Positions 1 through 12,160 of a DNA stretch of 64,000 nucleotides are shown here, piece by piece; position 1 is the stretch's first letter, and the number at the start of each line of letters is the position of its first letter. Position numbers and translations under genes: made by a program. The notes under the pieces were generated by a model that was given only the letters and a program-made list of their open reading frames with translations, was not told the origin of the DNA and did not search any database. This DNA comes from Octopus vulgaris (lineage: Eukaryota), in assembly GCA_951406725.2 (NCBI GenBank), contig OX597825.1, forward strand, positions 53,072,001-53,136,000. Reading direction: 5' to 3'.

Positions 1-270
1 CGAATATTCTATCTTGACGCTGGTACATTTTGGCACCTGATTCTGTTATTTACGTCAAAAGAGGTCACTGAACATATTGGTTGTCCAAGACTTCAACTGT
101 AGAACAGATATTAGTTTTTTTTTCAAATTCGGGCATTTCACGTAGTATTTTTGGCTTTTTGTTTTTGTTCTTTTGTTTTTGCTATGTTTTGTTTTTCCGT
201 TCCTCTTCTAATATTCTGCCTTCAAATGCGACATGATATCCTCTTTTAATAAATGTTTAGTATGAATTAC

Positions 271-402
271 CGCCTCCTCCTCCGCCTCCTCCTCCGCCTC
301 CGCCTCTGCCACCTCCGCCTCCGCCTCTGCCACCTCCGCCTCCGCCTCTGCCACCTCCTCCTCCTCCTTCTCCTCCTCCTCCTCCTCCTCCTCCTCCTCC
401 TC

Positions 403-450
<48 letters not shown>
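271..450. repeat. compound trinucleotide microsatellite (CCG/CCT)n-(CTA)n
   Basis: Directly visible; explains the poly-Leu ORF 253..528. Confidence 0.95.
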
Positions 451-451
<1 letters not shown>

Positions 452-1624
452 ATATATATTCAGGTATGTGTGAATATAAAACGCATGTGTGTGAGTGTAT
501 GTGTGTGTGTTTATGTGTGCTTGTTTGAATGGGCGTACTAAAGTACTGAGGGAACCTGTATATGGATGCGCATATGTTTCAAAATAATTTGATGTGTGCT
601 TTCAACAAGCTTGCATTTAACTTGGTTGAGTAGATGGATACTACTTTTAAACAATGGAGTAGTTACCTCTCCAGACCGAACAAGAAAAAAGGGTGATTAT
701 GCTCGTATGTAAATGCCTGATAATAGCGATTATTACACTGTATATTCATAACAATCAAAAAGCAGCTCTATCTCCCAGCGGAAATAAGTAAGTAGACATT
801 TTGATGCGGCGGCAATAACTAGGTTAGACGAGTCGAGATATTCTCCTCTAAGTGCATTTAACAATCGAGTTCATTGTTTTTTTTCTGTGTACTTCTGGTG
901 TGTTGTAAAAACTCACAAATCTGTTGCTTAACCGCAGTGAAAAGAAAATATCGCTGTAAGAGTATACATGTGATTATTAAAATTTCCAATTAGGAAGCTC
1001 TGCGCAAACATATATATTCTATTCATCCATCCAACCATCCATCTATCTATACATATGCATCCATACATTCACACACATTACGCGCACACACATGTATGCA
1101 ATAAATTAAAACCTCGGAGAAATGAGACACAAATTTAATTCAGCATCGTTACAGCCGTTTCATAATTCATTTTCACTTAATTTATCGACTCTGATTCGAA
1201 GTTATATGCTCAGTGTATACACTTCACATACATATATGTTTGCATATATATATACAGACACACAGTTGTATTGTTACATAATAATGTACCTAAAGTACTA
1301 CTCCTCTGGCAGTTTTGCAGACATCTCAGAGACGGATGTCAACACACACCCCTTTCACTGTATAATTATAGTTTCTCTCTGAACAATCATTCTTCCATCT
1401 TGAACAGTGCTATTCAATACCCATTTGGTTTATTTCTTTGCTATGGTAGTATTCCTTGTAAATTATTAATAATAAAAATGATGACTACTTTTCCTACCAT
1501 ATATCATCGCGCCACATTATTGTTAATGATAGCAAAAATATAGAGACACATTCGGTATTTAGTCAAGTTTTGTATTTTTCTGGAATGAAATGATTTTAAT
1601 GACGTAATGTAAATGGCAAACTGT

Positions 1625-1900
1625 AACTAAGCTCTTCGGTCAACAATGACCGTGTGATTGTACCTAGAAATTAGCCCTCCGAGGCACAAGTCCAGGCATG
1701 GTTGATTATAGAAGACCAGCAGTCGCCCATACATACCCGTCTCCTCTCTCTACGCCACTAATATTGTCCAAATGAAAGCCAAAGGCTGATACAGCTTAGC
1801 ACTACTGGCGTCGTGACTCATTTCTAAAGCTGTGTGCACTGGAGCAACGTGAAATAAAGAGTCTTCCTCAAGCACACAACAGACAACTCCGTTAGAATGC
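1625..1900 (-). mobile_element. degenerate SINE (body and 3' part)
   Basis: Segment 'ctcatttctaaagctg...actggagcaacgtgaaataaagagtcttcctcaag' resembles 35760-35820; family assignment is by recognition only. Confidence 0.5.
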
Positions 1901-2722
1901 AGGTTTTGAATTTCACCTAAGCGATCTTGATACATTATATACCAGTAATAGACTGTGGTAATTAAACCAACATTGCCAATTCCTTACAAGTTTGTGGCAT
2001 TTTGTCAATATTAGAAATCCTAATTCACTTTATTATTTATTGTTATTATATAGAATGGCAAATAAATTGATCTGAATTGAGGAATTGGAATTTTATAGCT
2101 ATAGAGAAAATTGTCTTAGAGAATACCATTAAAAATATGACAGAATTGGATACACAAGTCTTGTAGATAATGGAAAAATATATTCGATATAACAGAAATA
2201 GAGAAGAGGTGAAATATTTTGACATTGGGTTTTAGACATTTGGAATAGAAAGGAATAAGGATAAAAGGAAAGTATCCGTAAAAATTGAAATATTAGAGTA
2301 AAGGTTAAGAATCTCTAAATTCTGTTAAAGAACATTTGGAATTGAGTTAACATATCTTTAGCAAGTTACCAGGGAATGTTTCTCTGATGTTTGATATTTT
2401 AAGAATAGTAGAAACGAATAAAGTTAAAGAAAATAAAAATAAAAAAAACAACGACAAACAGACCTTCCAATACAAAACAAAATGAAACTTGCTTTCTCTT
2501 TTTATTACGTGAGAGAAAAATATTCATACGTTTTAAATGTCCTGACAAAGTGACAAGAGCTAAGTATGAAGGTCAAAATATCGCAAATAACGATATTTGG
2601 GGTTAAGATGGTTGCACGAGATAGAGATCAGCGTTGGAGGTGTGTATTTGTAAATTTCAATATTCTTTACTATTTAAGAAGCTACAGTGATTGGCAGATG
2701 TATTTTTGGAACTATAAAACTA

Positions 2723-2762
<40 letters not shown>

Positions 2763-3384
2763 ATGAATGTATGCATGTACGCATATACATGTATGGACAT
2801 ACATACATACACACATATATACATACATACATGTATAGGGATGGATGGATGGATACAAAGATTACTATAAGTTACAACAGCCAAACTGCTATATGTTACT
2901 GCACAGTTACTTGAAATAAGGATGTACTTTCGATTAGTTGAGTTTTGTATTAGCTGAAGGAGATTTCTAGCAATGTTAAGTTTCCTTCTTTTGCATAATG
3001 ACACAAAATACACTTAACTAAGGCCATAGAATTTACCTCGAGACTACTCTACCTCAGAGAAATAGTAACCAAATCTACTTTAATCCACACCATAATTTCA
3101 TAAACAAGGCTATCTTGGATACTAAATTCCAGGGTGTATTACAACTGAAAGTAGTAAATGGAACATCCACAGGTTGAAAATTTATCAACATCAAGCCGGT
3201 GAATCAGACTGACAAGTGTGATATATATTTACATACATACATACATACGTACATACAGACATACCTACATACACACACAAACATACATACAAACATACAT
3301 ACATATATGCATACATACATACGTACATATAAGTATGTATATATGTATTGTATAAAATTATGTATATATGTATTATGTATTATA

Positions 3385-3765
3385 TCGATACGGCTATGGA
3401 ACTCGACGAATGCACTTCACACTGTGTCTCTGGGAACATCTTGGAACACGTCCTTCACCTTGGCTTCTGACTCTCTACGTAGGTATACCAAGGAGCTGAA
3501 TCCTGTTGCCACCCATATGGCTTTCCAATAGCAACCTTCTCCAGCCAGGGCTTGACTACAATCTCCAACATTAGACCGAATTAAGCCTAAGGCTCTGTTC
3601 AAAATCGTGCTTGAGAAATCAAGAGGATTGACGGAGTCACAACGCCTGCTACATCCATTTTTACTGACCTTGGCTTCGTAGTCTCAGTTGCAGCTGACTG
3701 TGTTACATGTGACAGCCTTTACAGTATTCACTGAGTTATAATTACGGTATTTTGATACCCGGTTC
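3385..3765 (-). mobile_element. Tc1/mariner (DD37D/maT-like) transposase remnant with internal deletions
   Basis: Minus-strand translation gives 'MLEIVVKPWLEKVAIGKPYGWQQDSAPWYT' (second catalytic D, the QQD.AP.H motif), fused by deletion to C-terminal 'KVKDVFQDVPRDTV.SAFVEF'. Confidence 0.75.
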
Positions 3766-3958
3766 GAATCATCATGGTGTAGGTAACTTATTTCCAATAT
3801 TCAAACGGCTTCCAATTTCTCACGTCAGCTAAATTTTTCTCAAGTGCAACTATAATCTTTAATCTTTTCCAACACTGATGACTCTTCATTACAGCAAGCT
3901 CTTCTTGAAAAAGTGAATGAAAAAAAAAACACTTCAAATTTAGCCTAATCACCGTATA

Positions 3959-4466
3959 TATACATTATTTACGTTATTTACATTTAGCATATATTTGTTC
4001 TCATCTTGTTTGTTGTTAACACAACGTTTTGTTTGATATTCAGCTGAAATTTTGAAACTGGATTCTAATTCCTGAGGTATTATTCGATGTTGTTGTTGTT
4101 ATTATTATTATCATTATTATTATTATTCAGGTCACTGCCTGGAATCGAACTCGGAATCGTGGGGTTAGTAGCCCCCACTCTTAATCACTACGCCATATGT
4201 CCATGGAGTGAATTTTAGGGCTTATAAATCTAATATTTTCTATCCTTCCTTAATACCGGTTCCCATATGCTATTCATATCTGCCCTAGGTCTGCTCGGGA
4301 GGTAGTTGTGTCCTAGCATATGTGTTGCTTCTTTTAGTTTTTGCATTTTCCAGTGGTGTTCTCTGTCTATTATTTTAACTTCATCCCACAGGGAGAGGTG
4401 GTCTGCAGTTTTCCATACATGATCAGCTATACTCGATTTATTAATATCTCTTCGTGACATAGCTTT
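3959..4466 (-). mobile_element. Penelope-like element, inverted partial copy (endonuclease C-terminus plus pseudo-LTR)
   Basis: Reverse complement of about 4749-5250; ORF 4230..4460 (IADHVWK..HL.LWDEVKIIDREHHWK) duplicates the C-terminus of ORF 4465..4995. Confidence 0.9.
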
Positions 4467-4995
4467 GGTACCCCCAAAACATACTTTCCACTCCAGTTAT
4501 GACGAAAAGAGAGGATGTCGACCCTATGTGAAAGGCCTCTCTGAGAAGATACAAAAGATATGCGGCCCATATGGCATCAGGTCAGTATTCAAGACTAATA
4601 CAGCACTTTGCAAATATCTCCTTCGAGTAAAACCACCAACAGAAGAGAATATGACCAAAAACAGCGTGTACTCCATCCCATGGAGCTGTAGTAGTTTATA
4701 CAAAGGCGAAACATGCTGCCCCGTCAAAATAAGGGTAGAAGAACATCGCAAAGCTTTGACACGAGGAGATATTGATAAATCAGGTATAGCTGATCATGTA
4801 TGGAAAAACAGGGATCACCTTTCCCTGTGGGATGAAGTTAAAATAATAGACAGAGAACACCACTGGAAAATACGAAAACTAAAAAAAAACGCACATATGC
4901 TAGGACACAACAACGTCCTAAGCAGACCTAGTGCAGAAATGAATAGCATATGGGAACCAGTATTAAGGAAGGATAGGAAAATATTAAATGTATAA
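4465..4995 (+). pseudogene. Penelope-type GIY-YIG endonuclease domain (degraded)
   Basis: 'PYVKGLSEKI...VFKT...NSVYSIPWSCSSLYKGETCCPVKIRVEEH...IADHVW...WDEVKII' matches the PLE pattern PY..G.SE / VY.IPC.C...YIGET.R.L..R..EH; substitutions at conserved C and R positions indicate decay. Confidence 0.9.
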
Positions 4996-5024
4996 GCCCT
5001 AAAATTCACTCCATAATTGCCCAC

Positions 5025-5097
5025 GGGCATATGGTGCAGTGGTTAAGAACGCGGGCTACTAACCCCAAGATTCCGAGTTCGATTCCAGGCAGTGACC
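5025..5097 (+). promoter_or_regulatory. tRNA-derived Pol III-type head inside the PLE 3' region (not a functional tRNA)
   Basis: A-box TGGTGCAGTGG (5032-5042), GGG-CTACTAA-CCC anticodon-like arm, B-box GAGTTCGATTCC (5075-5086); acceptor and T stems pair only partially. Second copy at 4130-4202 on the minus strand. Confidence 0.8.
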
Positions 5098-5154
5098 TGA
5101 ATAATAACATCGAAAAATACCTTAGGAATGAGAACCTAGGTTCGAAATTTCTTC

Positions 5155-5203
5155 AAGAAACCTGATGAAGGCTGGAGGGTTATATCAGCTGAAACGTTGT
5201 TAA
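5155..5203 (+). ncRNA. minimal type-I hammerhead ribozyme motif in the PLE pseudo-LTR
   Basis: CTGATGA (5162-5168), one extra A, stem II GGCTGG/TCAGCT, GAAA (5191-5194), palindromic AACGTT giving a loop-less stem III with a GUU cleavage triplet, short stem I AAC/GTT. Minimal dimerising hammerheads are an established feature of PLE pseudo-LTRs. Confidence 0.7.
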
Positions 5204-8200
5204 CAACAACATGAGGACAAATATCCGTTAAATGTAAATAATGTGCATAATTACTCGTCTCTTAAATATAGAACTGCCCCCTATATATATATATAATATT
5301 ATCGTGTATTTTACAATCCATTTGATAAAAATTAACTCTAATACAACCCTACTAAACACACCACGTTCTACCAACCCTCTATCTCATTGAACACCAGCAG
5401 GTTAATCCGGCAAATATCCCATCGATATCTTACTAATTCTAGGAACGATTCTTAGATATATTTCAGATTCATTTTTTTAGTTGTGGGTTTTGCTACGCCA
5501 TAGGCTTAATCAAACAGAGATCAGGTTAAATTATCCAGAATGATCATCCTATCGGTTATTCAGATATAGTATATCAACGATTACGTAACCCATTGTGTTC
5601 TTTTTTTAAAAAACAGATTATTAATATCAGCCAGCAGGCTCGAACTCGGAACTAATTTGCGTGCAATAATCATCGTTGATGTCACAATTATGTCTTCACT
5701 CTTTACTATTTAGACAACTTCAGAATCAAGGAGAAGTCTTTATAACGTGCGCGAATAAACACTCGCGCACTCATATACAAATGCATACTCAGAAAAAAGA
5801 GTCACAAGTTTACAGAAAATTGCCATATATATATTCCCGTATATTGAAAGAATTCCAACTTTTTCTTAAGGAATCTTTAATAGAATTGACAATATTCTAA
5901 AATTCGTCAGATATATTTTACTTCAAAAATACACTCTGAAACTTTCCGCACCAATCTATGTTTTAACTCGGCATAAAACAATTTGGTCAACTGGTGTAAA
6001 GAGTTACTTAAATCAAATTGTTGAAAGATGCTGTACATACACAGACACACACACATAAATCACACATCCAAAATCACACATATATATACATCATGCCATT
6101 ATCTACTGAACTTTGGTTTTGATTTTAGTTCCAAAGAGACAGGAAAATGAAGAGAAAAAACATGATTGAAGAAAAAGAAGTGACAAATAAAATGCATTAA
6201 ACTGAGAGAACAAAGGAAAGTTAACAAGGAAGAATGAAGCAAAAAAGTTTTTTAAACTACAACAAATAGCAACAACAGCAGCAATAATAATAATAATGAA
6301 AATAATATCAACAACAAGAACAATGGCAATCATAGCAATAATAAAATTTATGATATACGTAAAAAATAAGAAAATAAGATGTGTGGTTTGAACCTGCGTG
6401 AAAAGAGTAAATAAAGGAATTGCTTTTCTTTTTTATTTAGATAGGAATCAATTGTAAAACAAACAGAAAATGAATGAAACAAAGGAAGGTAAGAAGGAAG
6501 GATGAAACAAAATGAAAGAAAGGAGAGAATGCGGATTCAAAGACATAATGAAAGGGAAAATGTAAAAATTGTGAGAACGATAAAAAGAGAGGGAGGGAGG
6601 GAAGGGGAGTGAGAGAGACGGGGAGTATGAGGAAAAGTTGAATGATTTGATGTATTAATTTAATTGACAAACATTGTCAACAGTGTTTAAAAGATAACAT
6701 CAACAACAACAACAGCAAGGTCGGCCACAAGTTCAACAAAAACAAGGACAATAATTACAGCAACAACAAATGCGACGAATAATATCGACAACAACAACTT
6801 TGTTAGTATATGTGAGCTTCATTGAATCCAAGCATAGTATCTTTTCAGAGCTTATTAATATTCATACCCACTTGAAATGTGTAAATCAAGAAATAATCAA
6901 TTTGCTTTGTAACAATGCACTTATAACAACTGGGTTCAAAGAGAAGGTCACCTATGAGCCTAGCCAGGACACCACCGGAAAATCGAGGTGCTTGAATGCT
7001 ATTGGATTTGAACTCCTTTCATCAACCACTGCTATGTGTAATGTAGGTAAGGTCGCTTTATACTCAGTAGACAGATATTTCTCACAAAAGCTTAAATACA
7101 GAAAATTGCTCAATTGACTTACACTTAAAAATCAGATATAGTCATATACTTTAGATGAAGCAAATTATATCCCGACCCCAATCCTGCTGGTGAGACTAGA
7201 TATTCCTGCTGGAAATCTAGCATGTTTGCTGAATGGATCATATAACATCGAGGCCATCATTTTAGACTCACAAATAGGTAATTCAGAATAACTACCTGAA
7301 CGAATTTATATTGACCGAACGATCATCCAAGTGAAGATTTCAGAATTTCTGCTTAATTCAGAAATATCGAAGACCAGACTGATATGAAACTCGCAACCTT
7401 TATGAAACATTTAAAAGAGAATGGCATAGCGTTCAGCAAGGACTAGAAGACCGCTACAAATTATACGTATCTGTTTCCAAGACATGCAACATGTACATTG
7501 CAGCAAAGAGTCATAATTCTAAGGGAAAGTGATAGATTCATAACTTAATGCCAAAATAAAGTATTTAAATTTCAGCATATAAGTGAAAATTCACACTTAG
7601 ACATTGGACTTGCCCAATATGCAGTTTTGATCTTTCTGAAGTAAACTTCCCGCACGACAGTCTTTTAGCTCAAAATAGATCTAAATTTATTTTATGTATT
7701 TTGAATGTCATTTTATTTTTTCCCCCTAAATTAGTTCTCTAAATCCTCCCGGAAATTCGAGTATTTCCTGAAATTTCTTATTCTCTCATCTCTTCCTTTT
7801 CCGCTCCCGATTTCCCTCCGTCACTCACCTCTCCCTCCTCTCTCTTATAACCATGTATCCCACTCTTCCTCTCTTCCTCACTTTCTTTATTAATTCTTCC
7901 TGTACGAAAGTGTATGTATGTGGCTTGCATATTAACGTTTCACCAGAGGTCATGTGCATTATCGCCAATCTACGAATTATCAGCAGCAACTACAGCAAAT
8001 GCAACATCAAACTCAACACATCACCATCATCACCATCTCAGCATCATTCTGTAGCACTTTAATTACCAATACTACCACGACTATAAATATTAATCCCTCA
8101 TATAAATACCATCGATAAAACAATCATCATAACTACCATAACATCCTTTGTCCCCCCCCCACTAACCATCTCTCCCACCACCAAATAACACTATTCCCCA

Positions 8201-8384
8201 AAATACGGTGTCACAAGCAGCAACACTTCCATTCCCACTACAACTGCACCTCCTTAATCCATCATACTATTTGAACTGGCCCATTATGATCATATTATAA
8301 TCAATGCCATCACTTGCACATCTTTCATACTACAATTATTGATAACTTCCATCACGTTGGAAGACACCATTATATCAACACAAC

Positions 8385-8765
8385 CTTTAAATGGCCATTT
8401 CTTGACTTGCCAAAAATGTCAACCAAATCTCGATCAAATCATTTAAAAATGTGTGGACAATGAATGATGCAATGATACATAAATTATGGTTACAGCTGGG
8501 ACCCATTTAACTATAGATTTGTTTCGTCATGAATAACCTCGGGCAAAAGATCAACAAACATGCTACGATGTGATCGCTCGGCCTGTTATAAACAATTGCT
8601 ATATCTAACAAATATCAATCCCCATGAACTAAAAAGAAGTGCAGTCATGTGCCAGAGTGTAAACCGAGAAAACGCTAAATTTAAGGATGATCATGGTTGG
8701 AACGCCGTGAGTTATAAATCTGTTAGATCAGAGATAATCTCGTTGATAAAGATCAACAACAATGA
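8385..8765 (+). repeat. two tandem copies of an old interspersed repeat ending in ...gatcaacaa
   Basis: 8400-8560 and 8570-8762 share layout and 3' end; similar degenerate pieces at 3020-3210, 14320-14520 and (minus strand) 56310-56440. Confidence 0.4.
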
Positions 8766-10309
8766 AATCGATCTATCTAACTCACACAATCACAGAAGCT
8801 ACTACAGATCAGCATAATCATCATCGACATCGCTACCTCAGCAGCATCACCGCAGCCCACTTTTCACAGTGCTCTCCTCTAAAAACCCCCGAATATTTCT
8901 GTTAAAGGAAGTTATTTCCTGTTTTTGGCAAATGGTGAAATATACAATTCAATTCGTTTAATGTATTGCTGCCGCGTTCATGTTTTTTTTATATTATTTT
9001 TGTTGTCCTCATTCTTCTTATTACATTTGTTGTTTGTGTAATTTTGTTCAGAATCCCATGTCAATTTTCAAAATGGCGTTGGCTGTTTTGTTTGCAAATC
9101 AATATATATATATACACGTGTGTGTGTGAGAGAGAGTGTGTGTAAGTGTGTGTGTATTGTTTCTGCTCTCTATTTCCTATTTCCGCGTCTAATCGCTTAC
9201 TTAGCTTCGATTTCTGTCATTTAAACTCGCATCAGTCATTTAATCTTTTTTTTACAACCATCGCCTTTTTTTGAGAGAGTGTATATATATATGTACCTAT
9301 GTATATACGTATTTATGTATGTAAGTATGTGCGAATTTACTTTTATATGTAGATTCGCATATGTAAATGTATCTATGCGTGTATGTAGGAATTCATGTGA
9401 ATGTATACGTATGTATGTATTTATATATGTGTGTGTAGGTATGTATGTATGCGTGTGTAAGAATGTATATATATATGTAGGTGCACACGCATGTATGCAA
9501 CTATATCTATATGTATGCATTCATTTGCATGTATACATAGGCATTAAGCATGTACGTCGCAAATACATACCTATCTTTGTGTTGCATTTGTGTATATATG
9601 TATATTCTCACCTATGTATGCTTATACATGTGTGTATGTGCGTGTTAGTCCGTGTTTGTGTTACTGTGTGTGTGTGTGTGGTGAATGAAAGGATGGATGT
9701 TTTTCGCTGTGATTTATTTTCGTTTTTCGCAGAATTGAAACCGGTCAATAAGAAAGTGACAATGCTTATTTTTTCACTGAATCAATACTGTTTCGGGGAT
9801 TTGTGAATATGTCAGGTAATGTGTGCATATGTGTTAATGTATATAGTATTTCTATGTGATGTATGTGTGCCTGTACTCATAGCCGTGTAATGGAGTGCAG
9901 GTATCAGTTGTACGTGAGTGAGCTTGTCTGATTTCTCTGTTCGTATATGCGTGTGTATTGCCATACATAGATATGCGATTATGTTTATAAGTTATTTCCA
10001 GGAAATTCAAATAAAGGATCTTAGGAATATTTTAAAACATTTTCATTGTTTCACACATCAACTGGATTTGGTGGATATGCATAAATATTTCCTTTTGATC
10101 TTTCTTGGAGAACTCTTGTATTATCAGGCTTCATACGTATGTATATGTGTGCAACATATATAACGTTTGCCTGTTTTTATATATATATGTGTGTGGGGGG
10201 GTATGTCTGTGTCTGCAAATCCTTATACAGTTCTATGTATATCAATATCTATACACACACACATATCTATCTATCTATGTAGCTATCTAAGTCGCTCCCT
10301 GTCTCTCCC

Positions 10310-10378
<69 letters not shown>

Positions 10379-10649
10379 GCCTACTATTTTAGAATAAGTG
10401 CTATTCATATTTTCTTGTCCCTAACACAGGTGGTAAGTAGGTTATTATAACGTACCTTCTGTCTCCAAGCAATCTACGGGCTCTGAGCACATGGTTTGTT
10501 CTATATGAAACCAGGATGCTGGTACACGAGAAGCCATGTACCAGCGTCCTAAATAGAGCCAGTGGATTGGTTGGAAATGCAAAGCACGTTATACAAATCT
10601 GCTCACCACTTGTCTTAATGGCGATGAATCGTCAGTAACTGCTATTTTA

Positions 10650-10955
10650 ATTAATTTTTTCGCCCTTTTCAAGCCAGGCTCATGGGCCAAGTTTCCCGGT
10701 TTCTGTGACGTATGTATTCTACCCAGCTTGACCGGACGCCAGTCCATCGCAGTGTTACTCAAGAAACAGGAAGAGAGAGTGAGAGAAATTCTGGCGAAAG
10801 AGTACAATAGGGGCTGCCACCACCCCCTGCGGGAGCCTCGTGGAACTTTTAGGTGTTTTCGCTCAATAAAGACACACAACGCTCGGTCTGGGAATCGAAA
10901 CAGTGATCCTCCGACGGCGAGTCCGCTGCCCTAACCACTGGGCCATTGCGCCTCC
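10650..10955 (-). mobile_element. tRNA-derived SINE
   Basis: Minus strand starts GGAGGCGCAATGGCCCAGTGGTTAGGGCAGCGGACTCG...GTTTCGATTCC (A-box and degenerate B-box); the tail 'ggacgccagtcc' is shared with 35660-35760. Confidence 0.85.
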
Positions 10956-11029
10956 GCAATTTTAATGTAGCGTACATTAAATAACGTTTATTTCTTGCTC
11001 GATAGAGTACTTTCCTTGCTGATCTTAAC

Positions 11030-11150
11030 CTTAAGTGGTTTCATGTTCAGTGCCATATGCACCACCTTGGTCTAGTGTCTTTTTATAACCCTGGCCGACC
11101 AATGTATTATGAATTTTTTAGACAGAAGCAGTGTTGGATACCGACTTATG
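11030..11150 (+). mobile_element. degenerate 5' half of the SINE family seen at 47066
   Basis: 'gttcagtgcca...caccttggtctagtgtc..tataaccctggccgaccaa' aligns with 47120-47185; it stops at the TA where the mariner begins. Confidence 0.6.
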
Positions 11151-12020
11151 TACAGGGTGACTCAAAAATGAATATACTTTTTAACAGCTGAATGAATACT
11201 CGCTTGATATATATTTCTTTTTGTATTTAAAAAATGCTGAAAGAATGAAGAGAGATAGACTGCATTTCAGCCAGGACAATTAATCTTAAATTTCTGCTAG
11301 AATTTTGGAAACTGAGTCAAAACACAAAGACAGGTTTTGGAGGATTTTTCAATACTTCCATCTATGTGACTAATCGTCACTCTAATCAGTAGTATGTTTT
11401 AAGCAGATAGCAATAGTCAGAATTTCCATAAGAAAGGTTCCGCATAACTGTAAACATCAATGAACCTCAGAACGCATGAAAGTGTCTAAGAAGCGTATTG
11501 ACAGAGTGCAAGATAATCTGTGCACCAAGTGAGTCGTGCGATAAGAATTTGAAAATCAAATATCAATCGCATATTGAAGTACTATCATTGGGAATGTTAC
11601 ATTTAATGAATCACATTTTATGCTTTTCAACTGAGATTGTCCGAAATAATGGAGTTGCTGGGAACCTGAAAATCTATATTTTACGGAGGGGCATGTTAAC
11701 TTATCTGGAGTTAGAGAAAAGGTTTAGTTGACGATCCATCTTTTTCTCTGGACCTCACAACACTGGATATTTCTATAATGATACTTAAATGTTAGTGAAA
11801 ATCAGTAACAGTTGAAGAATTTAGGACAGCCACTGAATAAAAATCTGCCCCAATACGAACCAAAAGTTTCTTGGCGTTTGAGATTCAATTGTTTTGCGTT
11901 ACTGGCACTGGCTGGCCACAACAGCCATGTGCTTGAAAGTAGGTATTGATAAAAACATTAAATTCTGGCAATATATTTAATTAAATTTTGGAATTAAAAT
12001 GTATCCTAATAGATACTGTA
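11151..12020 (+). mobile_element. Tc1/mariner-superfamily transposon remnant
   Basis: Starts TA-CAGGGTG; encodes degenerate HTH 'QSAR.SVHQVSRAIRI.KSNINRILKYYHWECY' and 'PSFSLDLTTLDI' (from WPPRSPDLTPLDF); ends ...ctgTA with a decayed right TIR. Confidence 0.7.
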
Positions 12021-12049
12021 TATGCATGTGTGTATGCATGTATGTGTGA

Positions 12050-12160
<111 letters not shown>

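Larger units (their letters stand above)
4467..5276 (+). mobile_element. Penelope-like retroelement, 5'-truncated (GIY-YIG endonuclease plus 3' pseudo-LTR)
   Basis: Contains the GIY-YIG ORF followed by a tRNA-like head, (AAT)n and a hammerhead motif; ends at ...TATAGAACTG (5276), the same terminus as the copy at 63555. Confidence 0.9.

Noticed and set aside
5025-5097. Functional tRNA gene
   Set aside because: Acceptor, D and T stems have multiple mismatches, and it lies inside a repeated retroelement module.
6900-7530. Coding-like decayed tracts (also 2050-2420, 13900-14250, 20520-20900, 55300-56250), perhaps LINE ORF1 remnants
   Set aside because: No diagnostic motif could be read confidently by eye.
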